Assembly: GCA_002104905.1 (NCBI GenBank)
Contig: MCFE01000090.1
Span: 62,001 to 126,000, forward strand
Source: Basidiobolus meristosporus CBS 931.73
Lineage: Eukaryota; Fungi; Basidiobolomycota
Length of the DNA: 64,000 bases
Direction of reading: 5' to 3'
In this document: positions 63,985-64,000 of the stretch, one piece after another
Position numbering within the stretch: position 1 is the first letter of the stretch
Layout: each line of letters opens with the position of its first letter
Notes under the pieces: model-generated
Told to the model about the DNA's origin: nothing
The model's database searches: none
Seen by the model: the letters and a program-made list of their open reading frames with translations, nothing else
Made by a program: the position numbers and the translations under genes

Positions 63985-64000
63985 GGCTCAATGGTCTAGT
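63985..64000 (+). tRNA. 5' end of a probable tRNA-Pro, truncated by the window edge
   Basis: GGCTCAATGGTCTAGT fits the eukaryotic tRNA-Pro start (GGCTCGTTGGTCTAG-like; U8, G10-U-C-U-A14-G15 A-box). Only 16 nt are visible. Confidence 0.55.

Noticed and set aside
1-64000. Horizontally acquired bacterial or viral genes
   Set aside because: No operon-like, intronless intact ORFs or viral hallmark proteins are present beyond retrotransposon domains.

Overview
Eukaryotic, fungal DNA. The lineage cannot be fixed from sequence alone; an early-diverging, Basidiobolus-like fungus is only my guess. About 1-60,400 is a host-gene-free nest of decayed transposons that is almost devoid of CpG. It holds several Ty3/gypsy elements: one relic with a possible extra 3' ORF, plus three copies of a compact 4.9-kb single-ORF family, one inserted into another. 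It also holds a nested Ty1/copia cluster, solo LTRs from three other families (most with readable target-site duplications, TSDs), two CACTA/EnSpm transposase relics tied to an unclassified repeat ('family R'), and a 735-bp foldback/MITE. The only intact protein gene is a 12-exon TUP1 corepressor (minus strand, 60581-63489, 687 aa by my exon assembly) in CpG-rich DNA. The window ends in what looks like the first 16 nt of a tRNA-Pro. The most notable signals are: (i) C-to-T erosion at CpG and also CpA, ending abruptly beside TUP1; (ii) an LTR family with a variable TAAAGGGG hairpin/G-quadruplex-like array and two CACGTG sites spared from decay; (iii) an LTR family inserted at CG-centred palindromes; (iv) the CACTA-linked family R; (v) same-family nesting in both gypsy and copia. 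I see no clear evidence of a wholly new protein system. The candidate novelties are TE- and epigenome-related. All coordinates and counts were read by eye.
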